DNA of 64,000 nucleotides from Lingula anatina (taxonomy: Eukaryota; Animalia; Brachiopoda), in the NCBI GenBank assembly GCA_051362555.1, contig CM120645.1:6448001-6512000 (forward strand), given 5' to 3'. Made by a program: the position numbers and the translations under genes. Under the pieces are notes generated by a model, which did no database searches, had not been told where the DNA came from, and saw only the letters and a program-made list of their open reading frames with translations. Below, piece by piece: positions 38,817-50,060 of the stretch (its first letter is position 1; each line of letters starts with the position of its first letter).

Positions 38817-40610
38817 ATGCTCAACACCACGCCCACTCAAGCATTTAGCAAGACAAGCCTAAGACATTTTCCAAACAGTACTGTTTTAACAACATGGAGT
38901 GCAGAATTGCAGACTACTGACTCATTTGGTAATGTTTTTGTTGTGAATACATCTTTTTTCAATGACTCTTCGGTGGGGTTCAGCACATTGGATTTGGACA
39001 ATAAATCGAATACTGGCAGAAGCAATATTAGTCATCAACAAGAATTTGGTTCTCTGGAACAACAGATCGCTGGGATTGTTTTACTGGTGTTTGCAGTAGT
39101 TGCAGTTGTATTGAACAGTGCCATTTTAATGGCAGCAAAATTCACAACAGGAGGCCGGAGTCCCACACTTATCTTCATACGCAGTTTGTGCGTGGCGGAC
39201 ATTTTGGCTGGCGTGTTTGGTATCACCAAACATTTTTTCATCCAGTTTGGTGAGGTTGGCAAAAACAATCTTTTCCTTGGAGAAAGTGTGCTGTTTTGTT
39301 CCATGGTTGCTTCCTGTTGCATGGTGCTGGGACTGTCTTGGGAAAGCTATCTGCGCATAGCTTACCCGTTAGAATATGTGAAACATATACAGAAACACAT
39401 TGTGATAGGAACTGTAGTATTCTCGTGGAACTGTGCCTTCGTCTTCGGATTTGCACCTCAGATGGGGTGGAGCAACTCGGAGAATTACTCCTCTGAAAAA
39501 TTCTATGAATTCTATACCTATTCTTACTTGATCTCATTCGTAATTGCCTATTTTGTGTTTATACTGATTACTGTGGCATTGCATTTGAAAATTAGTGCCT
39601 TAGTGAGGCAACTACAGAAGACTGACCATCACTTGGCTCAGTTTAGTAGAGAATGTAGGCGGAGTATTAAATTTGTCAAACTGACAGTGGGAAATGCAAT
39701 TATTTTATTTATATCCTATACGCCATTGCTCATGTATATACTGTTACGCGTTGCTACCAATTTTTCTGGTTTGACAGAAACTATTCATCTCTATCTATAT
39801 CCAGGGGTTTTGTTGAAGTCTGTGGCTTCACCATTACTAAATGGCGTAAACATCAAACAAATCCGCCATGTTTTGGCCGACTGCTGCCTAAGACTTATTC
39901 TGAGACGTTTCACTGGAACTAGTCTGCAACATCGGAAATTCCATCAGAATTCCTCATCGTCCTCAGCCTCTTTATCCATTGTCAGTCGCAAAAGTTCCAC
40001 ACAAGAGCACACAAGTACTCATTCAAATGGAAAAGCTGGCAGCAGCATATACACCATACCTCACTGCGATAGTTATAATGAAAACATTGAAGGTGATGGC
40101 ATATTGACTAATGGTCGGATGAGGTCACAAAGTTTATGTTTATCCTGTGATAGGCCAAATCCTAATCGTCTGCAGGTTTCGCAACACAGATGCTGCCATC
40201 GTTCTGTGTCAAACGGTACCTTGCAGACTGAAGTATCACTTAGCAGTTCAGGTAGTGATATTGGCGCAGCTTTGTCAATAGCAGTACCAGAACAGTTGAG
40301 TGGAAAAGACAGCTATGAAAAGGGGTTAAGACGGAACAAGAAACATCACTCCTCTGACAACAGTATTCAGTCGTATACTCCAAAAATAAATAGTTCCAAA
40401 TTAGGATCTGTAGATAAGTTACCAGTTCACGGGACCAATTCAGATAGTGCGTCATATAATAAGTCGTCTCGCCCCAAGCGTAGGGTCAGTTTTTCTGACC
40501 TGCTTTCTTACCAGGGAGATTCCACAGTTATAGTGCACAAAACTCTGGCATCTGCTTGTAGTAACTTACCCCTAACAAGTAATGAAATCATAGAAGAGAC
40601 TCCGCTTTAG
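38817..40610 (+). CDS. Class A (rhodopsin-like) 7TM GPCR, 597 aa, single coding exon, nested in Tudor intron 10; MECA/GPR119-like features, degenerate activation motifs
   Basis: Seven hydrophobic segments; TM1 LN, TM2 SLCVAD, TM3 ESY-x-x-I-x-x-P-L-x-Y, TM4 W...P-x-x-G-W, TM6 SYTP, TM7 SPLLN, helix-8 CC; six N-x-S/T sites in the N-terminus; acceptor tttttcag at 38511. Confidence 0.92.
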   Translation: MLNTTPTQAFSKTSLRHFPNSTVLTTWSAELQTTDSFGNVFVVNTSFFNDSSVGFSTLDLDNKSNTGRSNISHQQEFGSLEQQIAGIVLLVFAVVAVVLNSAILMAAKFTTGGRSPTLIFIRSLCVADILAGVFGITKHFFIQFGEVGKNNLFLGESVLFCSMVASCCMVLGLSWESYLRIAYPLEYVKHIQKHIVIGTVVFSWNCAFVFGFAPQMGWSNSENYSSEKFYEFYTYSYLISFVIAYFVFILITVALHLKISALVRQLQKTDHHLAQFSRECRRSIKFVKLTVGNAIILFISYTPLLMYILLRVATNFSGLTETIHLYLYPGVLLKSVASPLLNGVNIKQIRHVLADCCLRLILRRFTGTSLQHRKFHQNSSSSSASLSIVSRKSSTQEHTSTHSNGKAGSSIYTIPHCDSYNENIEGDGILTNGRMRSQSLCLSCDRPNPNRLQVSQHRCCHRSVSNGTLQTEVSLSSSGSDIGAALSIAVPEQLSGKDSYEKGLRRNKKHHSSDNSIQSYTPKINSSKLGSVDKLPVHGTNSDSASYNKSSRPKRRVSFSDLLSYQGDSTVIVHKTLASACSNLPLTSNEIIEETPL

Positions 40611-40910
40611 TGGACAGGTTGTCTTTCAGGTTGCTTGAAAAATTTTATTTCCATTTGCAATGTATTGTGGGTAATATCTGAAAAAAGGTAATCTTATTTC
40701 CCAAAGCAGTGCTTTGTTAATGACACCTTCAGAGGACATCACAGAAGTTCTTATAAGCTAAAGATTTAGGATCTTTATAGTATTACTTTTTGCAAATGGG
40801 AGGCAAAGAGGACTTTATAGAGATGGAGCATTGAGATTAGTGTGGTGTTTGTCCATGAATTAAGCCTTTTTTGCATTGTACAGTCCACTTCAGTGATACA
40901 GCTGCTGTAC

Positions 40911-41221
40911 CAGGCCTACCCAACTACCAGACTTGGCACCAAATGATCCCAAATTCACCGGTAGATCGGACCCCGTTTTTGAGGTGTGTGCCAGTACGCA
41001 TTTCACAGTATTGTACGCCGGAACAAATATTGAGATAAGATGCACTACTTTCTAACCCTGCTGAGAATCATTACTATCACATCACGTACTAGGCAAGAGC
41101 AGTGCCGCGTCTGATACTTTGAAGCGCATATTGATGCACACCTTGAAAACGGGTAGTGTGGTCCGATATATGGGTGAATTCAGGATCATTCAGTGCTGAG
41201 CCGGGTAGTTGGGTAGGCCTG
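40911..41221. mobile_element. MITE family C, second copy, in the probable GPCR 3' UTR
   Basis: Same TIR CAGGCCTACCCAACTACC; TGTAC TSD at 40906-40910 and 41222-41226. Confidence 0.85.
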
Positions 41222-41889
41222 TGTACTAATGCATTTTGAGAGATTGACATCTACAAAAGAGAGCCCTCTGAAAGGAGTTCTCATGCTCAATATGTCCAGT
41301 TATAAACTTAAAGGTACTTTATACTGAATTTACCCACAAAACAATTTTCTCCTACTCACAAGTCATTGTTCATCTCTGCATTTGGTTTTGATGTTTTATT
41401 CCAGTTAAAATTAAATGATTTAGTTCTAAATGACTTTCATAAATGACTAAATTTTCAAGCACGTACACTGCACCTTGAAGTAAGAGCAATGAGGGCACTG
41501 AGGTAGAACTTGTGCAGCGTAATTACATGTTAACACCTCTCAAAACGTTACAGTACAGCTGCGTCACTCAGGTATACATCTCAGTGTGTAAAGGAGAAAG
41601 AATCCTTTTGGATATTTTAGACAAAACATTTCATGAAAATAAGTGAAAAGAAATGAGGACAGAAGTTTGAAAAATGATTATATGCAATTTGTGACAGTAC
41701 TAAAAGATGAGAGCATTATATATGACCAAATTGTAAAGAATACATATTTATTTTGATTTATTTCAAGTGTTTGCTTTTCTGTCTGTGTGGATATGAGCTG
41801 GGCATTTACTATGCCACTTAAGCAGAGCTGATATTTTCTTAACTAATCATACACAAATTTCAAAATTTTGTATGTATTTGCCCATGTGT

Positions 41890-41895
41890 AATAAA
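41890..41895 (+). terminator. Candidate polyadenylation signal of the nested GPCR
   Basis: AATAAA about 1.28 kb after the GPCR stop, followed by a GT/T-rich tract. Confidence 0.4.
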
Positions 41896-44394
41896 AATTT
41901 CACATGTTAAGTAAAAATGTTAGTTGTGGCTTAATTAATGGTGAAGTTTATTCATATAAAATGAGATAAAGTCTTTCTGTTAAAAAAAAAAACATTATTT
42001 GGGTGGGTGGGGGAGAGAAATTGGTTCCAATTGAATTTTATTGATTCAGAAGCAATTCAAACTGCAAGGGCTTCTTCTTGAGTATTGTGCAGAGAGAGGT
42101 AGGTTTATGGACATCAACCAAGGTAGCCTAGAAGAGGTTAGATTTTCAGGTTCACATGGATGGATATCTAATTTCTTCTGTGTCGGAAGATGGCCTGAAA
42201 CCAACAAATTTTACTACTGTAACAAATAATTAAGTTTATTTATCTTCCACAGCGTTAATTTTCTTCTTTGCGCTTTCCAAACAAATTAAGGAAAAAAACG
42301 GGGGTTATCCATCTGTGTGGTGCTAAGGTAGGTCTCCATCCACTGCAGTATGCACCAGAGCTTGCTTTACACCAATCATTTCTCGGCTGTAATATTCATT
42401 ACAATGGGCATAAAACTACAGCCGAAAAAATCAGAATTTGCAGAAAATGATTGCAAATGACTAGAAATTATCATTTTATTCACTTTCTGCTCCACAAAGT
42501 GTATTTAACTTGAAATGCATAATCATTTATTCACTAATATAGGCAATGATACAATGCAACAAATACAAAATTTGAAGCCAAATATTTATGAGGTTAAAAA
42601 AAATGTGGCTACATTTGCCAGTGATCTTGGTTAAAATGATTATAAGCTTGTGAGTACAAGTTGATGATTATTCCGCTGACTCAAAAAACATGCTTCTATT
42701 TACGAGTTCTACTATCTATACCTGTAAAAAGTTTTGATCTTGTTTCGGGGACGTTTATTTAAGTAGCAGAAATTTTGAGTAAACACCCAAACAAGCCCAC
42801 TTATTCAATTATAAAGTTTATTCGTGCCACAATTTCTGTTTCCGCCAATGATTGAAGTGAACTGGGTGTTTTCCATAGTGCTGCCTATCCATGCAGAAAG
42901 ACTAGAATTAAGGCATTCATTATATATCTTTGCCAACGAAGAAGGTTATGTTTTTGTCAATGTTGATTAATTGTACATGTGCTTGTTTGTTAATGGACAA
43001 GCTCTTCACAAATTTTAATAAAATCTGCAGGATATACAATTGGGGAAAGAATTGTTTATAATTTCAGTGAAAACCTGGTCTCCTTGTGCTGTATTTTTTA
43101 ACAATTTTCTCTCCGTTATCCCTTTACGTAAAGCAGCCTCTGTCAGTGCTTCAAGTTTGGAATTGGAGCATGGTTCCACAGTCTGTAGTTTTAGCAGTGC
43201 TGTCATTCAACACAAAGCTTTTAGATATAAAAGACTTAACAAAAAATAAGGATTGGTCATGAATGTTTAGGTGATATATATGTGTGCAAAACAACATGGC
43301 AAGTATTGATGGGCCGGGAATGCATTGGGGCCTGGTTAACATCTCCCTCATCAAGGGAAGCCTCTTTGCACAATGTCTCTTGGAAAAAAAAGATAAATTG
43401 CTTCTCTAACCTTGACATGTTTACATCCATTGTGATGTGTTTTAGCACTAGAAAACAGGATAAAGATGTACTTTTTAAAGGAAAATATAATAAACAAACA
43501 GTACAACCCAACCCAATGTGTGTTTTGGCTTTGTTGTGGCAATTCGATCCTCAATCATTTCGTTTATAGAATCATTATCATGGCAATAAACCACATTACA
43601 TCAACCTGTCACATATCCATTGGAAGGTAATAACCCTATCTAAGATTTATTGGGCTCAGTTCTGAAGGTGATCATTGAATATGTATTATGCTGTACCAAC
43701 ACATGAAATAATTCATGATTACATTTAGGGCCAACAAGTGCATTTTATATCTCCACCATCTCTCTCCCAATGTGTCAAGGTTAAGTTCTGCTGAACCAAA
43801 TATATCATGAAATTAAGACATGGTACCTGTGTTTAAACTTGGCAATGTTGCTCACTGAAATTTCTTTGTCAATATGGTGCACCATCAGTTATGCTGTTAT
43901 GTTCACTACGATGCCCCCCTCCACTGGGGGTTTATTCGTCTTCATTTAAATGCTCAACCACCTTATTGCATCCTTGGGTATAGGTTGGGAGCTTTTGACC
44001 TCATCATTTGCTGTTACAGTATTTAAATAAATAAAAACAGCTTGATATATACTGTCAAATGTTTTGAGAAAAGCCTTTCATTTGTGTTTGTTCCTATGCA
44101 TTTCATTATTTATCAGTGAAGTGTGATGAACATGTTTATGTCACAGTCACAAGTATCCCCACTTAAAATAATGGCTTCATTGTTAATGTTGCATGTGCTT
44201 GTTTGTATACATTATGCAATAATTGTCAGATTAAGGGAAATGTTTTCATAGTGCTTTTTTTTTTTTAGAAAAATTGTTTTTTTTTATGGGCCAACAAAAA
44301 GAAAACCCAACAGAAAGGACTTTAAGTGTATCTAGACTCTTTTGATGATATTTGGCAGAAAATTGAATATGAAATGTATGTACCTTTTTTGCAA

Positions 44395-44772
44395 CAACAA
44401 CATCAACAATAATAATAATGATAATTATTATTATTATAACTTTACAATGATTGTAATCCATTAGGTTGGAGTTGTGCGTAAAAGAATTGTAGCTATAGTC
44501 TTTTTTGGACAACATGCATACAAGGTGTTGACGCTCTCGCCTCCCTGGGAAGGATACATACAGCCCGACTGAGGTATGAGGATCTAACAAACAAACAATA
44601 TCTTTTGCTGCTACACCAGGAGCTTTCCCCTGTTTCAACCCCTAAGAACTGAGTGCCAAGCAGGGAGACGGCAGGTACCATTGATGAAAAACTCATATGT
44701 CCCTGGACAGGGTTGTACCCACGTTCTCCTGCTCTGGAGGCAGATACTCTTACCACAAGGCCCTTCTGTTGG
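44395..44772 (-). mobile_element. tRNA-derived SINE with a conserved central core (Meta-SINE-like) and (ATT)n/(GTT)n tail
   Basis: Minus-strand head GTGGTAAGAGTATCTGCCTCC...GGGTACAACCC (degenerate A/B boxes), then AATGGTACCTGCCGTCTCCCTGCTTGGCACTCAG; the core assignment is from memory. Confidence 0.6.
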
Positions 44773-44779
44773 CCAAAAC

Positions 44780-44945
44780 TAGCAACTCATTCAAATATGT
44801 GGATGACATTTCCCTCCTGATTATTTGCAATCCCATGACATCTTACAAATGGCAACAAATGAGGTCAAATGGTCAACCAACAAGAAAATGACAATAAATT
44901 CTAAGAAAACCAAGGCAATTGTATTTGACTTCTCAAGGTCATGCT
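44780..44945 (+). mobile_element. Non-LTR retrotransposon (CR1/L2-like) reverse transcriptase relic
   Basis: FKYVDDISL, then in another frame WSTNKKMTINSKKTKAIVFDF, typical of RT motifs 5-7. Confidence 0.7.
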
Positions 44946-45450
44946 ATCATCTTTCTCCAATGTGTGTGTGCGTGTGTGTGTGTGCGTGTACATACGTGAC
45001 AAAGAAATTGAAAGGGTGAAATCTGACAGATGTGCATAATTTAAGTATTTTCTTCCAAGCAACTGACTTTAGTTGAATGTTGCAGTTATTTGAGAAAAAT
45101 TCACTGGAAATGGAAGCATTCTTGTTATGTGTCTGTTTTTGTGTACATGCCTTTGTCAGCCCTCAATTTTGTCTACCAGTAAAACAATGATTTATGTAAT
45201 TGATAATTTCCAATCTTCAAAACAGTTGATGAATAATATATATCCTAAAACAATTTTTGTCAATTTTTAAAAGTTTGAATCAATTAATCATGAATTCAAT
45301 TAATTTTTTAATGTATTCATTTTTTTGCATAACTTATTAATTTTTTTTTCATTTTTCAAAGATTGAGTATACTTTTCTTTAGCAAAAATCATGTATCGCA
45401 CTTAATTTTGATTGTTTTTATAGTAATATATTTACTTTTTACATCTCTAG

Positions 45451-45549
45451 CTTCATATGAAGAAAAGATGCCATGCAAATTCTTCATGACCCCAGAAGGC
45501 TGTTGGAGAGGACACGAGTGCCCCTTTCCACATGTGGCTCCTGGGTCAG
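45451..45549 (+). CDS. Tudor gene coding exon 11 (CCCH zinc finger CKFFMTPEGCWRGHECPFPH)
   Basis: ctctag| acceptor, TCAG|gtaaga donor, phase 1 to 1; C-x8-C-x5-C-x3-H; phase-compatible with exon 10 across a 35,870-nt intron. Confidence 0.88.
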
Positions 45550-47939
45550 GTAAGATGTGATAAACAGTCATGATCTTCTTTTATTTGGTACAAGGTTTTT
45601 TATTGGCTGTAACTTCAGATTATTTTGGATTAGTTTAAAGTCCATGAGTTGGTAACCCTCTGTCATCTACTGGGCACAAATTTTCCTTAGCTAGCTGCTC
45701 TACCCTTTACATGGGACACAGTTATTATTATGTGGACCTTTTTGCTAAAGTGACCCTGTAACTTTTGGCAATGTGGAAGCAATTACATTTGTATAGCTGC
45801 GCCAAGTGTAAAAAAAACAGCCCATGGGTGAAAGATTTTATGCAGCTTTTAAGTTATGGTACTTGTTCACAGAGTGCAGTAACAAAAGTAACAGATCTCA
45901 TAAGATGATAGTCAATTTTTAGCTGTTTTACATTGATTTTACATTAATTCAGCTATTCTGAAATTCCCTAATGAAGAGCCAGGGTATAGGGATTTTATGT
46001 ATAAGAGTAGTACGAATCTGACCTCTGTCACCACCCTGAGTATTTAGAAATATAGATCCTGAAAATCCCCTTTGATACGTATTATTATTATATGCATAGA
46101 GGTTAGTTTCTGTTAATCTGTGAATTTTGGGGTACCTAATCATTGGTTTATGACAGAATGATCAAAATTTGATCCATCCAAAGGCATATGCCTCTTTGGG
46201 AAAAGCTTTTGTTGGAATCCAGATGTATTTTGTCTTCTCTCATGACTGGGGGGGGGGGGGGGGGGGGGGGTAATTTTGAAACTGTTGGAGACTTTTTTAT
46301 TTCTCTGTGTAAAAGATTATAAAAGACAAAATGTGAAAAAAACAGGAAATGAAGGGGAGGGGGACCTTTTACTTCTACATATTTTTCTATCCCTGCCTAG
46401 CACTTTCACTGCTTCCTGGCAGAAGAACCCATACAATGTACGTAAGCAATTCCTTTTCAGCATCTGTATTATGATTTTTGTTTTCATTCAGTTCAGCATT
46501 AAAAGAACGTGTTTCATAGGTTTTTTCTTTACTGTCAGTTACAATTAAATGTATCTTTCAGATGAATTCATTTTGATATATACCTCTCAGACTTATAGAT
46601 ACAAGAGACATCCCAGGTTCACACCTACATGTAATTCACCCTTAAATAACAATTTTTTAAACTTGAATTCAGTTACACTTGCATGTTATACATTGTAAAT
46701 GGTCACGCCTTTGTGTTAACAAATCATACCAAAAAATATTTTGACTAGGACAAAGTACCATGACAAATTTGTGTCAAAACAACCAGTTGATTAGTTATGC
46801 AAATGTTCAGACGTGCCAGGATTGTATAAGGCCATCCCCCCTCCCCCCCCCCCCCCCCCCCCCATAATTTTTAAGGGGTCATTGTCTTGTATAGTTATTT
46901 AACTATACCTGTTTGCATAACCATGAATGTATGTGGTAAGGTGAGGTGGCAATATTTCCAATAAAATTGGTCTAAGTGTTAACCTTAACTTGTCAATGTG
47001 TGATGGCAATAAGCCAAGTAAACTGTGGCAGTGGGCCAAATGATTTTCTGCCCAAGCTATTTCATAATTTTTTCTATCATGCCTGTATTTTCTATTGTAC
47101 AACATACCCACCTGTGAATTGTAAGTATCTAGGCTATTAGTATGATTGGATTGTAGAGGAACAATTAATTCGACCATGAGGGAGATATTGTGTGACAAAT
47201 TGATTTTACATAGAGAACATCTGTATGTGCAATTAAAGGTAGTTTCTATGGAAGTGTAGGTGTCATGAGACATATAACTAGCGTGGTGAGCCATCATAAC
47301 TAAAGTCTATACAGTTCAAAGCTATTGTAGGTGAAAATTGCCAGTTTAGTATGTAATAGGAATAAAAGTGGAGTTGGGCTGTTTTTTTCCAGTCTGTGTG
47401 TGTAAGAATGACTTTATTTCAGCTGCTGGCTCATCAGTAATACTCTTTGTCTCTGTTGCCATTAAGTATTTAATGGAAGAGGCTGACTCCCACACTGTAG
47501 ATAAATATAAGGTCGATGGGTATGATAGAAGTCAAAAGAGGATATTTTACCAAGAGTAATATATTCCATGATTGTTTCTGCAAGTTTGTTTCGCTTTTGA
47601 AAAGAACAATTATTGTGTTCATGTGTCTTGTGTGTGTATTGGATGAATTGAAAAAAAGAAAAAAATGGCCCAGACCTTATAGTTGTATTTCTTGAGGACT
47701 AACCACTAAATTGAAATGGCGACAAGGCACTTGATGTGCTACATGATGTTATTTCAAGCATGTTAAAAGTTCCACTCAAAATTAAGCTTATGCATCCTCC
47801 ATTTAGCATTCAATACAAAAAGTCCAAAAATGTTTGCCATGACTGTTCTTTTTTAAATGGATGATGGCCATCTTCTCAAATGTGCACAATATTTAAATTT
47901 TTTCTGTGTAATGATAAGATGATAAGAATATGTTCCAAT

Positions 47940-48200
47940 TTTTTATGTACAGACACAGATGTGTCTGTACATATTGCCATCACCTGCGTCTGTCGTCGCC
48001 GATGCCGGCGCCGTGCACTTTCCTTGTTAACACGATAAGTGGAGGGCAGTTTTACTTTTTGGCTTTATATTTACAGAGCTGATGAATATTCATAAAACGC
48101 AGGTCAAGTTCGAAAATCAGCATGATCTGGCCATTATTGTAGAAGTTATGCTGTTTTTTCACTTTTCAGCATATTTTCACATTTCCTCAGATTCAATTCT
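47940..48200 (+). mobile_element. Helentron-associated (HINE/DINE-1-like) element fragment
   Basis: T-run, 14-bp stem TATGTACAGACACA-GA-TGTGTCTGTACATA (47944-47973), CGTC-type microsatellite, then a core containing AGGTCAAGTTCGAAAA. Confidence 0.6.
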
Positions 48201-49340
48201 TAGGCATGTTAACAGTTTCATTATTTAATTAATAAGATATGTAAAAGTGTTTGTTTGACATTTCCTGCATCTTTACAACATTGTTAGTTGATTTTGTAAA
48301 AATGATGGTAAACTTGTTATCGTGTATTGTGTAATAAAGTTTCAAAAATGGAAATAAACTCATATCATTGCAGTTTGTCAGATTCAATCATTCACTATGT
48401 TCAGAATCTCAGAATGGAAGAAATTGGACATTTAACACTGCTCTATTGATATTTTTCCCATCTCATCAATTTTCTTAGTTGATCATATAAAAATGGCAGT
48501 AAACTGTTAATTTTGTTTTATGTTAAAAATTGTTAAAAATGGAAAAAAAAAACATTTCAGAACAGTGCTGTCTTGTTTACATTTTGGCATTTTCAAGTTG
48601 TGACTTTGAAGTTCCATGGGCCTGAAGACCTTTGCTAGTTACGTTTTCTGAATGTCCATGATACTAATATTTTATTATTAAAAATTGATGGTCATTATGC
48701 TGTTAAACATTATGTAATATTGCATCAAAATTTTGAAAAAAAAACTATTTGGGGCACTGCTCCCATGATGACCATTTAAGAAAAATCATGTTACTTACTG
48801 TTCTCAATCTTACAGGAAAGAAACATGGGACTAAAATACAGCTTCAGTAGGCAATGCAGTCTGTTTGGTAATTCTTTCTGCCAGTTAAACAGTTTTTTTG
48901 TGAAAATTTAATTTTTCACATATTGGCATTTTCAAGGTGTGACTTTGAAGTTCCACGGGCTTGTCAAACTTTCAAAAAAGAAATACAGGACTAAAATGCA
49001 GCCTGAGTTGGAAAAGCAGTCTAATTGGCTTCTTTTTCTGGAAGTTATACATTTTCAAACTGTGAACTTGTACTCCCATGGGCCTGAAGCCTTATGCTTG
49101 TTACACATTTTACCTACATTGGTATTACCTGTTGAGCATAATTAAAATTTGATGTTGAATTTGCAGTTTAACATAATGTACTTTTGCATCAGAATTGACA
49201 GTAGCCTATTTTGTGCATAGTTATTTCCTGCTTTTTGTCTGTACATTTGACAGCTTTGCTGCCTTGTAATAATGAGAATGTATTTTACATGTATTTCATA
49301 TGAAAAAATTAAGGTTTTTGCTCTTTAAATTTTTTTTCAG

Positions 49341-49523
49341 TTGTGACAGAAGAGCACAGGGAAGTGTTCAGTGTAGAGGATGTAGAAAACACTGTCTGTC
49401 CCGCAGAAAACAGTTGGGTTGCCGTGGAGATCACATCACTGTACAACCCCAGTCATTTTTACGTCACCTTTCCATTTGGGACCAGACCACTTCAGCATTT
49501 TATCTCAAATGAGCTTAGTGATG
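49341..49523 (+). CDS. Tudor gene coding exon 12 (start of eTudor-3: VAVEITSLYNPSHFYV)
   Basis: tttcag| acceptor, GATG|gtactg donor, phase 1 to 1. Confidence 0.87.
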
Positions 49524-49854
49524 GTACTGGATTTAAACTTTGTTTTGTCCATGTGCATTGATCATAATTGGGTCAAATTTGACTGTGCCTATTTTACTGG
49601 ATTTGAAACAGTAACTATGTATTAGTCATGTGATAGATGTTATTTTTAATTTAAGAAATATGCACATATCTTTCATTTTGTTACTGGATTTTGATGTTGT
49701 CTTCCAAAGAAGGTTAAGACTTTATATATTGTAATTTATTTTTGTAATGAAGAAACATTTTAGTTGCATTAGGTCAAGAAAGTTTACTTCAAGCATGACA
49801 TTTGAATTAGGATTATGTGAACGGGAAAAGTAATTGTGGTTGTATATACAAATA

Positions 49855-50060
49855 ATGTGTTAGTTTAGAAAGTAAAGGTGGCTGTGTTAACAATGTAGTG
49901 TTAGTTGTGTTAGTTAAGATGATTAAGGTGGTTGTAAAAACAGGGCATGTGTTAGTTAAGATGTTAAAGGTGGTTGTAAAAATTAAAAATGTGTTAGTTT
50001 AGATGTTAAAGGTGATTGTGAAAACAAGGAGTGTGTCAGTTGAGACGATAAAGGAGTTGT
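49855..50060. repeat. Degenerate ~40-bp tandem repeat (TGTGTTAGTT..GATGTTAAAGGTGGTTGT)
   Basis: About 5 copies. Confidence 0.7.

Noticed and set aside
44690-44772. Possible tRNA gene
   Set aside because: Degenerate B box, no complete cloverleaf, and followed by a SINE core and tail.
46248-46270. Long G/C homopolymers (also about 36731-36750, 46844-46864 and 21536-21548) as G-quadruplex elements
   Set aside because: Common simple runs, often inside repeats and of uncertain length in assemblies; no evidence of function.
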